A DNA stretch of 64,000 nt, taken from NCBI GenBank assembly GCA_963555825.3, contig CAUVXB020000002.1, positions 96,001 to 160,000 of the forward strand, read 5' to 3'. The position numbers were made by a program, and so were the translations under genes. The stretch comes from Alphaproteobacteria bacterium (lineage in GTDB: Bacteria; Pseudomonadota; Alphaproteobacteria; JAAXGF01). The notes under the pieces are model-generated. The model was not told the origin of the DNA, searched no databases, and was given only the letters and a program-made list of their open reading frames with translations. This document shows positions 1-9,772 of the stretch, piece after piece. How positions within the stretch are numbered: the first letter of the stretch is position 1; each line of letters opens with the position of its first letter.

Positions 1-408
1 GGAGGCGCCGGAATCCCGCACCACGGCACCCTCTACATTCGCCGCGGGATTAGGCGCACCCGATGCCGAGCTCGGCGCGGCGCCTGCCAGACGGTTTTCG
101 CCACGCACGGCGGCGAGTTGCCCGCCGGTGAGCAGCGCCCCGTCCGGGCCGTAGAGCAGACCGGCGACGCCATGGCCGTCGTTGGTTACATAAAGGCTGT
201 AACCGGCGCCGCCCACCGGGGTCACGAGATAGCCCGCAAGCCCGCCGCGCGCACCGAGCGGCATGATTTGCGCGCCCTGGTCCCGGAGCGCGCTCACAAG
301 GTCGGGCTCGGCGGCCCGGGCTGCCGGAATTGCAACCACGGCAACCGATACGGCCGCCATTATCGTCGTAATATTTTGTCGCAATTTGGTGATCGGTCCC
401 GAGTTCAT
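1..408 (-). CDS. DsbC/DsbG/TrbB-like periplasmic protein, N-terminal part (runs off window)
   Basis: ATG at 408 overlaps upstream stop (ATGA) and has a GGAGG RBS. Manual translation MNSGPITKLRQNITTIMAAVSVAVVAIPAARAAEPDLVSALRDQGAQIMPLGARGGLAGYLVTP..YSLYVTNDGHGVAGLLYGPDG resembles a DsbG/TrbB N-domain. CxxC is not within the window. Confidence 0.5.
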   Translation of the reverse strand, partial: MNSGPITKLRQNITTIMAAVSVAVVAIPAARAAEPDLVSALRDQGAQIMPLGARGGLAGYLVTPVGGAGYSLYVTNDGHGVAGLLYGPDGALLTGGQLAAVRGENRLAGAAPSSASGAPNPAANVEGAVVRDSGAS

Positions 409-1028
409 GGTTTGCCTCCGTTTGGGGGTATTTGCGGCGCGCGATGGGTCACCGCGAGCGACTTGCCGCCGGCCGTGAATTCCCCGGCGGGCGGGTGCGG
501 CAGATGAGAAAGCGCGAAGAACAGGGTCCGCACGGCGTCGATGAAGGCGCCTTCGAACGCCTGGCCGCGGTGCAGGCGGTAGCGCCGGTCGGTGAGAAAC
601 AGCACTTCGACTCCGGCCCGCGTGCCCCAGCGCTCCAGCACGGCCCGCAGGGTGTCGCCGGCTTCGACGCGCCACACGCCATGGCCGCGATCGGCGGCGG
701 CGAGCTCGACCGCGCCCGGCGGCAAGCCGGCCGGGCGGATATGGAGTTCGCCGCCGCGGCGAACCGCCGCGAGCCCTTCGCCGAACAGCAGGCTCTGCCA
801 GTCGGGATACGCGTCCACGACCGCCTTGGCGGCATCGACCCGGCGGTCGTAGCGCAGGCGGAGCGAGGGCGGCGCCAGGCGTTTCAGGGTTTGCGCAAGC
901 GTTGCGCCATTGCGCTCGCCGCGGCCGCCGGCCTCGTCCGGCACGGTGACCCCGGCGCGCGCGGTGGACGGCGCCACATAGCGAAACTCGGCCGAAGCGG
1001 CGGACGGCATGAGGGCCGATCCCGCCAT
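405..1028 (-). CDS. TcpQ/PilL-domain periplasmic protein
   Basis: Signal peptide (SAASA-EFRY) and C-terminal WRVEAGDTLRAVLERW..GVEV..Y.L..F.G.F..AV..LF motif of the TcpQ domain. TGATG coupling with icmT. Confidence 0.7.
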   Translation of the reverse strand: MAGSALMPSAASAEFRYVAPSTARAGVTVPDEAGGRGERNGATLAQTLKRLAPPSLRLRYDRRVDAAKAVVDAYPDWQSLLFGEGLAAVRRGGELHIRPAGLPPGAVELAAADRGHGVWRVEAGDTLRAVLERWGTRAGVEVLFLTDRRYRLHRGQAFEGAFIDAVRTLFFALSHLPHPPAGEFTAGGKSLAVTHRAPQIPPNGGKP

Positions 1029-1300
1029 CAGCCAAAATCCACAAAGCGCCGCAACCGCGCCGCGTGAAGGGCGCGGCGGCGGCCAGCGCTTGCGGTGCGG
1101 AGCGCCCGGAGCCCGGCCCGGAAACGGTAGCCGCGCGCCTCGGCGATGCGGAACGCCGCGATCGCCAGCAAGACGGCCGCCGTCGTCCACCAGGCCGGCA
1201 CGAACAGCCACACCGTCAGCAGGACCAGCAGGCGCGCGTCGATCATGTAGAACCGCACCGGACGCATGGTGTCGCGCCAGGGCACTTCGGAAGGGTCCAT
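1028..1300 (-). CDS. icmT: IcmT/TraK family small membrane protein
   Basis: WRDTMRPVRFYMIDAR motif, two hydrophobic segments, basic tail, directly after dotB. Confidence 0.8.
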   Translation of the reverse strand: MDPSEVPWRDTMRPVRFYMIDARLLVLLTVWLFVPAWWTTAAVLLAIAAFRIAEARGYRFRAGLRALRTASAGRRRALHAARLRRFVDFG

Positions 1301-1312
1301 GGAATCGTCTCC

Positions 1313-2536
1313 TCAACATGTGCCGGGATCCCCCGATCGGGGTTCGAACTCGCAACCCCCAGCCCTGTCGGCGTTGCCGCCGTCACCTGCGCCGTCCGCG
1401 GCAGCCGCGCGGTAGCGCCGGTGCACGTCCGGTCCGATCCGGCCCTCGGCGAAGGCGCGCCCGGCCGCGGCGGCAAGATTGTTGCCGGTCGCCGCGAGCG
1501 CGGCCTCGATCCGCGCCGGCCAGCCGGTTTGCGGCAGCTCCAGCAGTTCGGCCTTGAGGCGGTCGTCGAAGACCAGCCATTCGCGCAGCGCCGTGCGCCC
1601 GCCCCGTTCCGAGGTGCTTCGGTCCGATCCGGCTGGGTTCGGCGCCAGCACCTGGGTGACCGCGAGGTTCATGGCGTCGATCAGCGCGGCGCCGCGCTCG
1701 GCGCGCTCGCCGGCCGGGAACTCCGCCAGCAGGCGGCGGATGGTGGCTGCAACGCCGATGGTGTGAGCGGTTGAATAGACCGCGATGCCATAATCGGCGG
1801 CGCGGACCACGGCCTCGACGGTCTCGCGGTCGCGCGCCTCGCCGACGATCACCGCGGCGGGGCGGCGGCGCAGGGAAGAACGCAGGCCGTCGGCAAAACT
1901 TTGGAAGTGACGGGGGATCTCGGAAGACGACATCAGCGCGCCGTCCCCTTCGATATGATCGAACACGAACTCGATGGGCGCCTCGTAGGACTGGATGCGC
2001 CCGGCGCCGTGCTCCAGCAGCCGCCGCGTGCCGGCGGCGAGCAAGGTGGACTTGCCCGAGCCCGGCACGCCGGTCACCAGGGTCAGGCCGCGCCGCAGGT
2101 CCCAGGCCTCGACGATCTCGTCCTCGATGCCGAGTTCCTCGAAGCTCGGCGGCGCGCCGGGTAGAACCCGGAGCGTGATGTTGACCGCGAAACCGCCCGC
2201 GGCCTGCACCGGAGCGAGATTGCAACGGAAGCGGCGGAAGACGCCGCGCGCCTCGGCGACGGCGTGGGAACAATCGATGGCCCGGCCGCCGCGCAGGATG
2301 CCTTCGCCGGTGGCGTCGAAAATGCGTGCGCACAAGGTGCCGAGCGCGACCCCGTCGAGCGCCGCGCCGGTCGCCCGCGCCAGCCTGCCGTCGACCTCGA
2401 TGAAGGCGGGCGCGCCGGTCTGGAAGGAGATGTCGGAGGCGCCGAGCTTCGCGGCCCATAGCAGGAAGGCGTCGAACCGTTCGACCGGAAACACATGCCT
2501 CGCCTCGGGCCAATATGCGTTGGTGGACACGGTCAT
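1313..2536 (-). CDS. dotB: DotB/TraJ PilT-family ATPase
   Basis: GASDI motif, Walker A GVPGSGKST, YEAPIEF Asp box, LRRRP..IVGEARD Walker B, G..VYSTAH His box. Start ATG 2536 overlaps dotC stop. Confidence 0.85.
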   Translation of the reverse strand: MTVSTNAYWPEARHVFPVERFDAFLLWAAKLGASDISFQTGAPAFIEVDGRLARATGAALDGVALGTLCARIFDATGEGILRGGRAIDCSHAVAEARGVFRRFRCNLAPVQAAGGFAVNITLRVLPGAPPSFEELGIEDEIVEAWDLRRGLTLVTGVPGSGKSTLLAAGTRRLLEHGAGRIQSYEAPIEFVFDHIEGDGALMSSSEIPRHFQSFADGLRSSLRRRPAAVIVGEARDRETVEAVVRAADYGIAVYSTAHTIGVAATIRRLLAEFPAGERAERGAALIDAMNLAVTQVLAPNPAGSDRSTSERGGRTALREWLVFDDRLKAELLELPQTGWPARIEAALAATGNNLAAAAGRAFAEGRIGPDVHRRYRAAAADGAGDGGNADRAGGCEFEPRSGDPGTC

Positions 2537-3339
2537 CGGAAGTCCCCGCCATCGGTGACACGCCATGCCCTTGTGTCGAGATTGAAGGCCGCCCGCCTGT
2601 CGAGCCGCACGCTTGTCTCGCCGATCCGCAGCAGGCGCTCGTGGCCGGCGGCGGCGGTGTAGATGGTGCTCAGTCCGGGGGCCGAGACCATCTCGACGAG
2701 ATGCAGGCGGTGCCAGAGGACGACGCCCTCGAAAGTCCGGTTCAGCCGGTCCAGATCGGCGGCGAAGATATCGTCGCCGAGCGCCGTACCGTGCGCCCAG
2801 CCCTCGGCCAGCCATTGCCGCCACAGCGTGGTCTCGGGACCAGTTCGGGGAAACAGCACCGCGGCCGGCGGGGCGGGCGTCCGCCACGAGCGGACCAGGT
2901 AGTCGCGCCAGTGCGGCGGGGCGCTCACGATCCGCTCGGGCTCGACGATGCGGAGCACACGCCGCGCGCTCGCGGCGCGATCCTGTCCCAGTCCCAGCCG
3001 GAAGGCCTGGCGGGTCTCGGCCAGCACCGGCGGCAACACCGTGAAGCCCTGCTCGGTCAGCATCAGATCGCCGAACCGGTAGATCGCGGAAAGCGGCGCC
3101 GACAACCGCTCCAGCATGACGCCGATCTCCCAGCTCCGGCGCGCGAGACCGGCCCGCGCACCGAACCCGAGTGCCGTCAGGCGCATCGCCGAATGGCGTT
3201 TTTCCTCGGCGAACGGGATCGCCGCACCTGGTGCCGGCCCGAACTCGTAAAGCGCCTTCAGATCGGGCGGGGGATCGGCGGCCCGGACGGGCACAGCCAT
3301 AAGAAGGAGGAGAACAACAACGGCGCCCGTTCGCATCAC
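2533..3339 (-). CDS. dotC: DotC/TraI family T4BSS protein
   Basis: ALGFGARAGLA, YRFGDLM..VLPPV, PPHWRDYL, DLDRLNRTFEG..MVSAP motifs. Confidence 0.85.
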   Translation of the reverse strand: MMRTGAVVVLLLLMAVPVRAADPPPDLKALYEFGPAPGAAIPFAEEKRHSAMRLTALGFGARAGLARRSWEIGVMLERLSAPLSAIYRFGDLMLTEQGFTVLPPVLAETRQAFRLGLGQDRAASARRVLRIVEPERIVSAPPHWRDYLVRSWRTPAPPAAVLFPRTGPETTLWRQWLAEGWAHGTALGDDIFAADLDRLNRTFEGVVLWHRLHLVEMVSAPGLSTIYTAAAGHERLLRIGETSVRLDRRAAFNLDTRAWRVTDGGDFR

Positions 3340-3861
3340 GAGCCCTCCTTGCCTGTCTTCCCGATCCGGATTTCATCCGGCGCGGCCCAGTCGAGGCGCA
3401 CGATCCGCCGGTCCGCGTCCACCGTCAGCACGGCGGCCTGTCCGGCCTGGATACCGGCATCGCGCAGGACGGCGATCAGCGGCGCATCCCTGGTCTTGAC
3501 GGCGACGATCGCCGGGCGGGCCGGGACAGGTCCGGCGGCGAAAAAGCGATACCCGGCGCGCCGGGCGAGCTCCTCGGCGAGGGTCTCGACCGGGCCGGTC
3601 CAGTCCAGCGTCACCGTGGTCAGAAGTGCCGCCGGGACGATGCGTGGCAGCGGCGTATCGGCGAGCGGGTTCTCCGCCGAGCGCGCTCGGGCCAGCGCCA
3701 CGAACGCCCGCTCGGCGCGCAGGGCGGCCTCGGTCAGAAGCGTCTCCGCCCGGTCCGGCCCGATCTGCTTGACGGCGACCGCCGCATCCGGGGCGAACGA
3801 GGCGCAAGCCGAGAGCGCTGCCAGTCAACGGGATAACGGTGAGGGCCATGACGCTTCTCAT
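3336..3861 (-). CDS. dotD: DotD/TraH lipoprotein, one frameshift near 3826
   Basis: VTLDWTGPVE..LARRAGYRF..LRDAGIQAG motif. Start ATG 3861; lipobox LAALSAC lies in the downstream frame just after the shift. Confidence 0.8.
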
Positions 3862-5128
3862 CGTCCGGCGGCTCCGGCGTCCTCGATCACCAGATGGCGG
3901 TTCGCCTTGTAGGCGAGCGCCGACAAAGTGCGGCGGGTCGTATCCCCGGCCAGCAACTGATCGACCGCCTCCAGAAACCCACCGCGAAATACAGCGACTT
4001 GATCCGGCCTGCTCCGGACTCGATCCCACGGCGTAATCGCGACCGGCGTTCCAGACCAGCGTCCAACCCGCCTGGCGCGCCCAGTTCTCGAGCACGCCGC
4101 GCAAGGTTTTGTGCGCCCCCGCCTCGACCATCCATTCAGTGCCGGCCGCCGCTTCATCGGACTGGCCGTCCCGGCCGGCCGGGCCGGAAGTGGGCGGAAA
4201 ACCAGCGGCCGCGGCGCGTTGTTCGATATCCCAATAGCGGTAGAAAACGACCGTTCCTTCACGCCAGCTCCAGTCGTAGCCGCTCAGCGCGGCGAGGCGG
4301 TCGAGCAGGCCGGAAAGAGCGCCCCGCCAGGCGAGGCGGATCGGCGGCGCATCGGGCAGGATCGCAGTCCCGCCGGCGATCCGCGCCGGGCGCTCCTCGA
4401 TCGCCGTCGCGATCCCCGACAGGGAGGACAGGCGACGGAGCGCCGCCGGGAAGGAAACGGCTTCGTGTTGCCCGAACACCAGTTCCCGTGTGGCGATTGA
4501 TTCGGGCAGTCCGGTGCTGACCGGGGCCAGTTCCGTCGCCGGGAGCGGCGCCCCTCCGGGCGCGATATCCGGCAAGGGGGAAACCGTTACCGCGGCCGCC
4601 GTTCCCGTGCCGGCCGGCACGCGATGCGGCGGCGGTTCGCCGGCAGCGAAGGCAACGCCGAAATTGACGCACAGGAACACCACGGCCGCACCGGCGGTCA
4701 TGCCCGGGCCGAGCGGCACGAGGCCTTTTCGGATATGGCCGGCCGCGCTGTCGCTGAACCCAAACCCGATAGGCGAGCGAGAACGCCGATCCGAGCAGCA
4801 TCGTCCAGGCGAGACCGATCGGACCGAGCAGGAAACCGAAAGCCCCCAGCATCATTGCGTCGCCCGGATAGAGCGGCCAGCGCCGGCCACGCAACTGGGC
4901 GACGATGATCGGCAGCGCGACGGCGGCGATACCGAGCGCCATCCCCGTCCAGGGCGTCCACGGGCTATCGCCGTCCGGGCTCAGATAACGCCATACGGCC
5001 GCGGCGGCGAGCAAGGCCAGCACCAGGCGCGGATCGACGACCGCCCGGCGCGCGTCCAGGACGGCCATAGCCGCCATCGCGGCCAGCACCAGGCCCGAGC
5101 TAAGGCCGGCAATCATCAAATCGGTCAT
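3858..5128 (-). CDS. A24 prepilin peptidase (PilU-like) apparently fused to a periplasmic region with TcpQ domain; frameshifts near 4735 and 4010
   Basis: Catalytic Asp motifs AVLDARR and PGDAMML; VPLGPGM tail in the next frame continues without stop into TLRGVLENWARQAGWTLVWN; final piece FRGGFLEAVDQLL..YKANRHLVI in a third frame. Confidence 0.65.
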
Positions 5129-5663
5129 TGCAATTCATCCTTCGTTGGTTTCCGGGTTTCGGCGGGGTGTTTTCAGCCGCGGGAGCCGGGTGGCGGTCGT
5201 TCTGGCGGTGGACATGGCGGTCGACCGGCGGCGGCCCGGCGAGCACACCGAAAGTCGCCGGCAGCAACGGGCACCAGGCGGCGAGCGCCACCTCACGGCA
5301 GAGGCGCGCCGGCAGGAGGGCAGGCGCCCTTCCGGTCTTGATCCGTTCGCGGTTCCACTGAAGCAGTTCCCGTTGCGCGTCGCGCAGGCCGCCCAGCACC
5401 ACGATCCCGGCGCGCAGCCGTTCCATCCCGGCGAAGGCGCGTTCCCTGTCCCAGGCCATGCCAGGGTCGCGATGGGCGGCTTCGCCGGCCCCCGCTATTT
5501 GCCGTGCCGCGTCTTCGCTTGCGCGGATTTCCAGCGCCTCGAACAGGGCACTGCGGGGTTGGCCTTCCTTTCCGGCCGCCAGTTCCTGGGCGGCAGCCGG
5601 CCGCAATCCGGCCAACAGGAGAGACGTCCCTATAAGAAGAGTGAGCGCGAATAAGGGTTTCAT
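5100..5663 (-). CDS. Secreted hypothetical protein
   Basis: Signal peptide MKPLFALTLL..PAAAQ, Cys pair (LC..WCP), ATGA coupling. Confidence 0.6.
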   Translation of the reverse strand: MKPLFALTLLIGTSLLLAGLRPAAAQELAAGKEGQPRSALFEALEIRASEDAARQIAGAGEAAHRDPGMAWDRERAFAGMERLRAGIVVLGGLRDAQRELLQWNRERIKTGRAPALLPARLCREVALAAWCPLLPATFGVLAGPPPVDRHVHRQNDRHPAPAAENTPPKPGNQRRMNCNDRFDDCRP

Positions 5664-6801
5664 GGGCCGCACCCCGTGCATCGGCCAACGATGAGGGTGC
5701 TGAACCCGGCCGTGGATGCGTCGAGTCGTCCGTTCACGCGGATGCCCGCGGCCCTGACCGAAGCGGCGGAGAGCGTGCCGGCGGCCACCGTGCGGGCCGA
5801 CACCGTGTTGGCGGTAAGACGCTCGAGATTGGCGCTACCGGCGGTGACCGTCCCTGTCGCCGCGACCGAACCTGCCGTGACGGCGCCGGCCGACGAGATA
5901 TTTGCGGCCCGGAGCGTGCCGTTAACCCTCAGCGACCCGCTCGACACCACCCCCGCGAAGGAAGCCGTATCGCCACTGATTGCGCCCGCGGCCTCCACCG
6001 TCCCGGCGACCCGCACGGCCTGTCCGACCGTCAGATCGCCGCTAACGCAATATCGCCGCCCGCTTGCAGGTCGCCGACCAGCGCGAGGCTTGCAGCGGAG
6101 AGCCGGCCGGCGCCGGTAATGGCGTTGCCGCCCATGTCGAGATCGGTCTCCATCCGGTTGGCTTCCGGGAAGCCCGGCACAGCGAGCCGCTGGAGCCTGC
6201 CGCCGTAGACGGCCTGGTGATCGAAGCGGCGCAGCGCCGCCAGCGCACCCACGGCCGGGGCGCCGCCAAAGGCCGCCTGGAAGGCACTCACGTCATAATC
6301 GAGGGTGGGTCCGGCCAGCCGGGACGGGGCATCGGGCGCGACCAGGCCGACGCGCGCCTCGCCGGCCGCCTCCAACAACGCGGCCGATGGCGGGACCGTA
6401 TCGCCCGCCCCGACCGCCTCGGCCGCCAGGACGTCGATGGCGTCCGCACCGGCGGCGAGGATCAGCACCCGGTAGCCGCGCCCGAGCGCGTCCACCGCTG
6501 AAAAATCCGCCGGCAGCGATCCGGCGCCCTTGAGTTGCGCGAGGGTGATCTCCACGGGGCCGCCCCGTGCGGCCGCCAGGAGTTCCGGAAACCGGCCGTG
6601 CACATGGCTTGCACTTGCATCGGCCAGCACGGTCAATTGCTGCACGGCGATGCGGGCGCGGCGTTCGGCCGCCAGGGTCTCGAAGAAGGTGGAAGCGGCA
6701 AGGACGATCATGCCCAGCAGCGCGAGTGCCAGAAGCGCGCCGAACAGGCTCAACCCGCGGCAGAACACGGTTCGCCGTTGTCCCGGCATCTGCAGCAACA
6801 T
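5660..6801 (-). CDS. PilV-like minor pilin/adhesin 2, frameshift near 6035
   Basis: Class III signal RG|LSLFGALLAL, EITLAQLKGAGSLPADF..DALGRGY, NRMETDLDMGGNAI, low-complexity beta-repeat stalk, C-terminal VGRCTGC. Confidence 0.65.
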
Positions 6802-7940
6802 CAACATCCGCCGCAACTCCCGACAGTCATCAGGCCGTCGATGCGGGCTTGGGGACCGTGCGCGGCCCGGGCGGCGATACCCCCCGCCTGGAGAGCACCG
6901 CTCACACGCGTTTCCTCGCCATCGAACGTCCCCGTGACCGCCGCTTCTCCGGCGACCGCCACCGCGGTAGCCGCGGAGAGTGTCCGCGCACTCAGTGTGC
7001 CCGCCGTGCTCAAGCCTCCCGCGTCGAGCCTCCCGGCGACTTTCACGGAGGCGGCGGACACCACGCCTGTCACGGCATGGCCGACAACCAGATCGGCGGA
7101 GACGGTCAGCGCCGCGCCGCCGAGCTCCCGCGCGGAGAGGTCCGCCGTGGCGAGCCGCCCAGCCATGACGGAATCATCCACCACGGCATTGCCGCCGATT
7201 TCGGCAGCGCCGCTCAAATCTGCCGCGCGCGCCGTCACCGCGCCGGCCGCAACGATATTCCGGCCCGCCGGATTGGCCGGGTCGGCGGAACTCATGTCGA
7301 GGCCGGTTTCCAGCCGGTTCAGATACGCCCGGCCGGGCTGCGCGCGGCGGTAGAGCGCCTGCTCCAGATATCGAAGGCCGTGATCTCCCGTGACAAAGAG
7401 CGCGCCGGGTCCGAGCGAACGGCCGAGCGCCGCCTCGATCGCCGGCAGATGCGGCGCCATCAGAGCGCCACTGCCAACTGAATCCAGGCCGGCGAGGCCG
7501 GAGCCAAGCGCACCCTCACGAATCGCTACCCCGTGCGCGGCTCCCCCGTCCAGGGAAGGTTCGAGGACGCCGAAAGCCATGGGAATGCCGCGCCTCGTGC
7601 CGTCGGCGATGACGCCGAACGCGAACGTGGCGTTCCGGCCCGGCGCATCGGGCAGTCCCGGCGGCGCCGTGCCGAGCGCGCGCAATCGCGCCGGCGTCAG
7701 GACAATAGTGTGCCCGCCCGCGAGGGTTGTTTCGAAAGCCGCCGCGTGCTCCTGGCTTGCCCGGTGGGCGGCCTGGAACCAGGCCGCGAAGATACGCCCG
7801 GCGGCGCGGTCGAGCGCCTCGCCGCGGGCCAGTCCGCGCGCCTCGTAATGCAGCGTCAGCGCGGTTCCCGCGAATGCCGCCAGCAGCAGCACGCCAAGCA
7901 GCGCGCCCGCGCCGCATGTATATCTGTGCCCGCGCGTCAT
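6801..7940 (-). CDS. PilV-like minor pilin/adhesin 1
   Basis: Hydrophobic N-terminus, LYRRAQPGRAYLNRLETGLDMS (shufflon PilV-like), same stalk and C-terminal VGSCGGC as its neighbour. Confidence 0.6.
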   Translation of the reverse strand: MTRGHRYTCGAGALLGVLLLAAFAGTALTLHYEARGLARGEALDRAAGRIFAAWFQAAHRASQEHAAAFETTLAGGHTIVLTPARLRALGTAPPGLPDAPGRNATFAFGVIADGTRRGIPMAFGVLEPSLDGGAAHGVAIREGALGSGLAGLDSVGSGALMAPHLPAIEAALGRSLGPGALFVTGDHGLRYLEQALYRRAQPGRAYLNRLETGLDMSSADPANPAGRNIVAAGAVTARAADLSGAAEIGGNAVVDDSVMAGRLATADLSARELGGAALTVSADLVVGHAVTGVVSAASVKVAGRLDAGGLSTAGTLSARTLSAATAVAVAGEAAVTGTFDGEETRVSGALQAGGIAARAAHGPQARIDGLMTVGSCGGC

Positions 7941-8560
7941 CCGAAGATGAACCCGATATCGTTCGCGCCGTCGCCGTCGTCGCAAGCGGCGGTGATCTGG
8001 GCTGCCGTGACGGGCGAGGTGAGAGCGGCGGCGTTGATCGTGATCGAGATCACCCCGGCCCGGGCCCGGCTGCGCCCGGCATAGGCATCGCCCAGCGCCG
8101 CGCAGATCTCGTTATCGACATCGGCGAACTGGATGCTGAAGCGGTTGCTAATGCCGCCCGGCCCGCCGATAACGGTCACCAGCCCGCCGAAGGGATGGCG
8201 AATCTCGACCTTCTTGCCCTTGCCGATCGTCCGGGCGCTGTCGGGAATGCCGCCCCGGCGATCGAGTGCGGCAACCAGATCGGCCTTGTTCCCGTAGCTC
8301 GGCGCACCGGCGAAGGCGGCCTCGATATTGGCGCGGATCCGGTTCAGCAGCACCAGGGCCTCGGACCGGTTGGCCACCTCACGGGCAGCGTTGTAGGTGC
8401 CGACGGCGCCGACGATGACCACCGCCGCGAGGCCGAGACCGAGCAGAACCCCGAACAGGCTGAAACCACGCCGGTACCTGCGCGCCCGGTAGCGTTTGAT
8501 GAGCGCCGCTATACCCGTCTTCGCAGAAATCCGGGTTGCCGCTATTTTCATTGCCGTCAT
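7937..8560 (-). CDS. pilS: Type IVb major pilin (PilS-like)
   Basis: Long basic leader ending RRG|FSLFGVLLGL, HPFGGLVTV, two C-terminal Cys (EICAAL..AACDD), RBS AAGGA. Confidence 0.8.
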   Translation of the reverse strand: MTAMKIAATRISAKTGIAALIKRYRARRYRRGFSLFGVLLGLGLAAVVIVGAVGTYNAAREVANRSEALVLLNRIRANIEAAFAGAPSYGNKADLVAALDRRGGIPDSARTIGKGKKVEIRHPFGGLVTVIGGPGGISNRFSIQFADVDNEICAALGDAYAGRSRARAGVISITINAAALTSPVTAAQITAACDDGDGANDIGFIFG

Positions 8561-8704
8561 CTTTTTTCCTTTCATCGATGCTTCATTCATCCACTTGCAG
8601 TTCCGATGGCCGTTCCCGTGGCTGTCCCTGTAGCCGCCGGGTCCGCCGTGCATGCGGGGAGCGCCATGCTTTCCCGCCCTGGTTCGTTTTCCCCTGGTCA
8701 TCGC

Positions 8705-9772
8705 TCATGACCGCCCGGCCTGTTGCAGCACCGAAAACATCGCGTCGATGCCGGCCGCCATGGCCAGCGTCACGACGATCAGGAGGGCGCCGTTCAGCGC
8801 CGCGGCACGGGACTTGAGCAGGTCTTCGGAGCGGCCCACCCAGCGCTCGACGAAGCGGGCGAGCTTGTCCTCCCAGCCGGGCGCGCCATCGAGCGCGACG
8901 GCAACGGGAACCAAGGCCGGATCGGGAAACCCGTGCCCGGCCAGCGCCATGGCGCGGCCCAAACCGGCGCCCCGGGCCATGCCGCGCTGGATCGCGCCGA
9001 TGCGATGGCGCGCATAGGGCGAGGCATGCCGCTTCAGATCCTCGAAAGCGCGGTCGTTGAGATCGAGACCGGCGGCGAGGAACTCGAGCGCCACGAACAG
9101 GAAGGCCGAGCCGGTGATCGTGCGGTAGAGCGAGAACGGGGCGATCCGGTCGAGCACGGTCCGGCCGGGACCGGTCCAATGGACCATCGCCGTGCCTATT
9201 GCGGCCACGATGGAGGCGCAGATGGCGCAAAATACAAGCGGTTCGGCATGGAGCCAGACCGAGGCGGCGCGGAACAAACCGGCGGCCGGTCCCCAGCGTT
9301 CGGGCGGCACGACGCTTTCCAGTACCGGCACGAAATACCCCCCCGCCGCCCACAGCATGACGGCGAGACCGGCGGCCAACGTCAGCGGCATGGCCAGCGC
9401 CTTGCGGACCGCCGAGATCTGCCGGTCGCGCAAATCCGCGACCCGCGCCGCGGCGGCGAACAGGAGGGCGGCCTCGATACGCCCGTAGGCCTGGAAGATC
9501 ATCGCCTCGGCCGGCGGCGCGGAGGCCGCCATCGCCTCGGCGAAACGGTTCTCGATCAGCGCCCGGCGCCAGCCTTCCAGCAGGCCGGCGCGCAAGGACG
9601 GACCCTGGCCGCGTTGCGCCCGCACCGTGACGTCGAGCGCGCGTTCGAGCTCGAAGCCCGATTCCAGCAGGTCGGCGACGGTGCGGAAGCAATCCACCCG
9701 CGCCTTGCGCCCGAGCACCAACGCGGCGAATGCCCGCCTCCAGAAGACGCCCATGCGGAACGGGCCCATCAT
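8705..9772 (-). CDS. pilR: PilR/BfpE GspF-family inner-membrane platform protein
   Basis: Three TM segments, PFSLYRTITGSAFL, ASPY..G..LGRAM..GHGFPD motif. Confidence 0.8.
   Translation of the reverse strand: MMGPFRMGVFWRRAFAALVLGRKARVDCFRTVADLLESGFELERALDVTVRAQRGQGPSLRAGLLEGWRRALIENRFAEAMAASAPPAEAMIFQAYGRIEAALLFAAAARVADLRDRQISAVRKALAMPLTLAAGLAVMLWAAGGYFVPVLESVVPPERWGPAAGLFRAASVWLHAEPLVFCAICASIVAAIGTAMVHWTGPGRTVLDRIAPFSLYRTITGSAFLFVALEFLAAGLDLNDRAFEDLKRHASPYARHRIGAIQRGMARGAGLGRAMALAGHGFPDPALVPVAVALDGAPGWEDKLARFVERWVGRSEDLLKSRAAALNGALLIVVTLAMAAGIDAMFSVLQQAGRS

Noticed and set aside
5660-7940. Possible shufflon at the pilV genes
   Set aside because: No sfx-like inverted repeats, alternative C-terminal cassettes or Rci recombinase seen.
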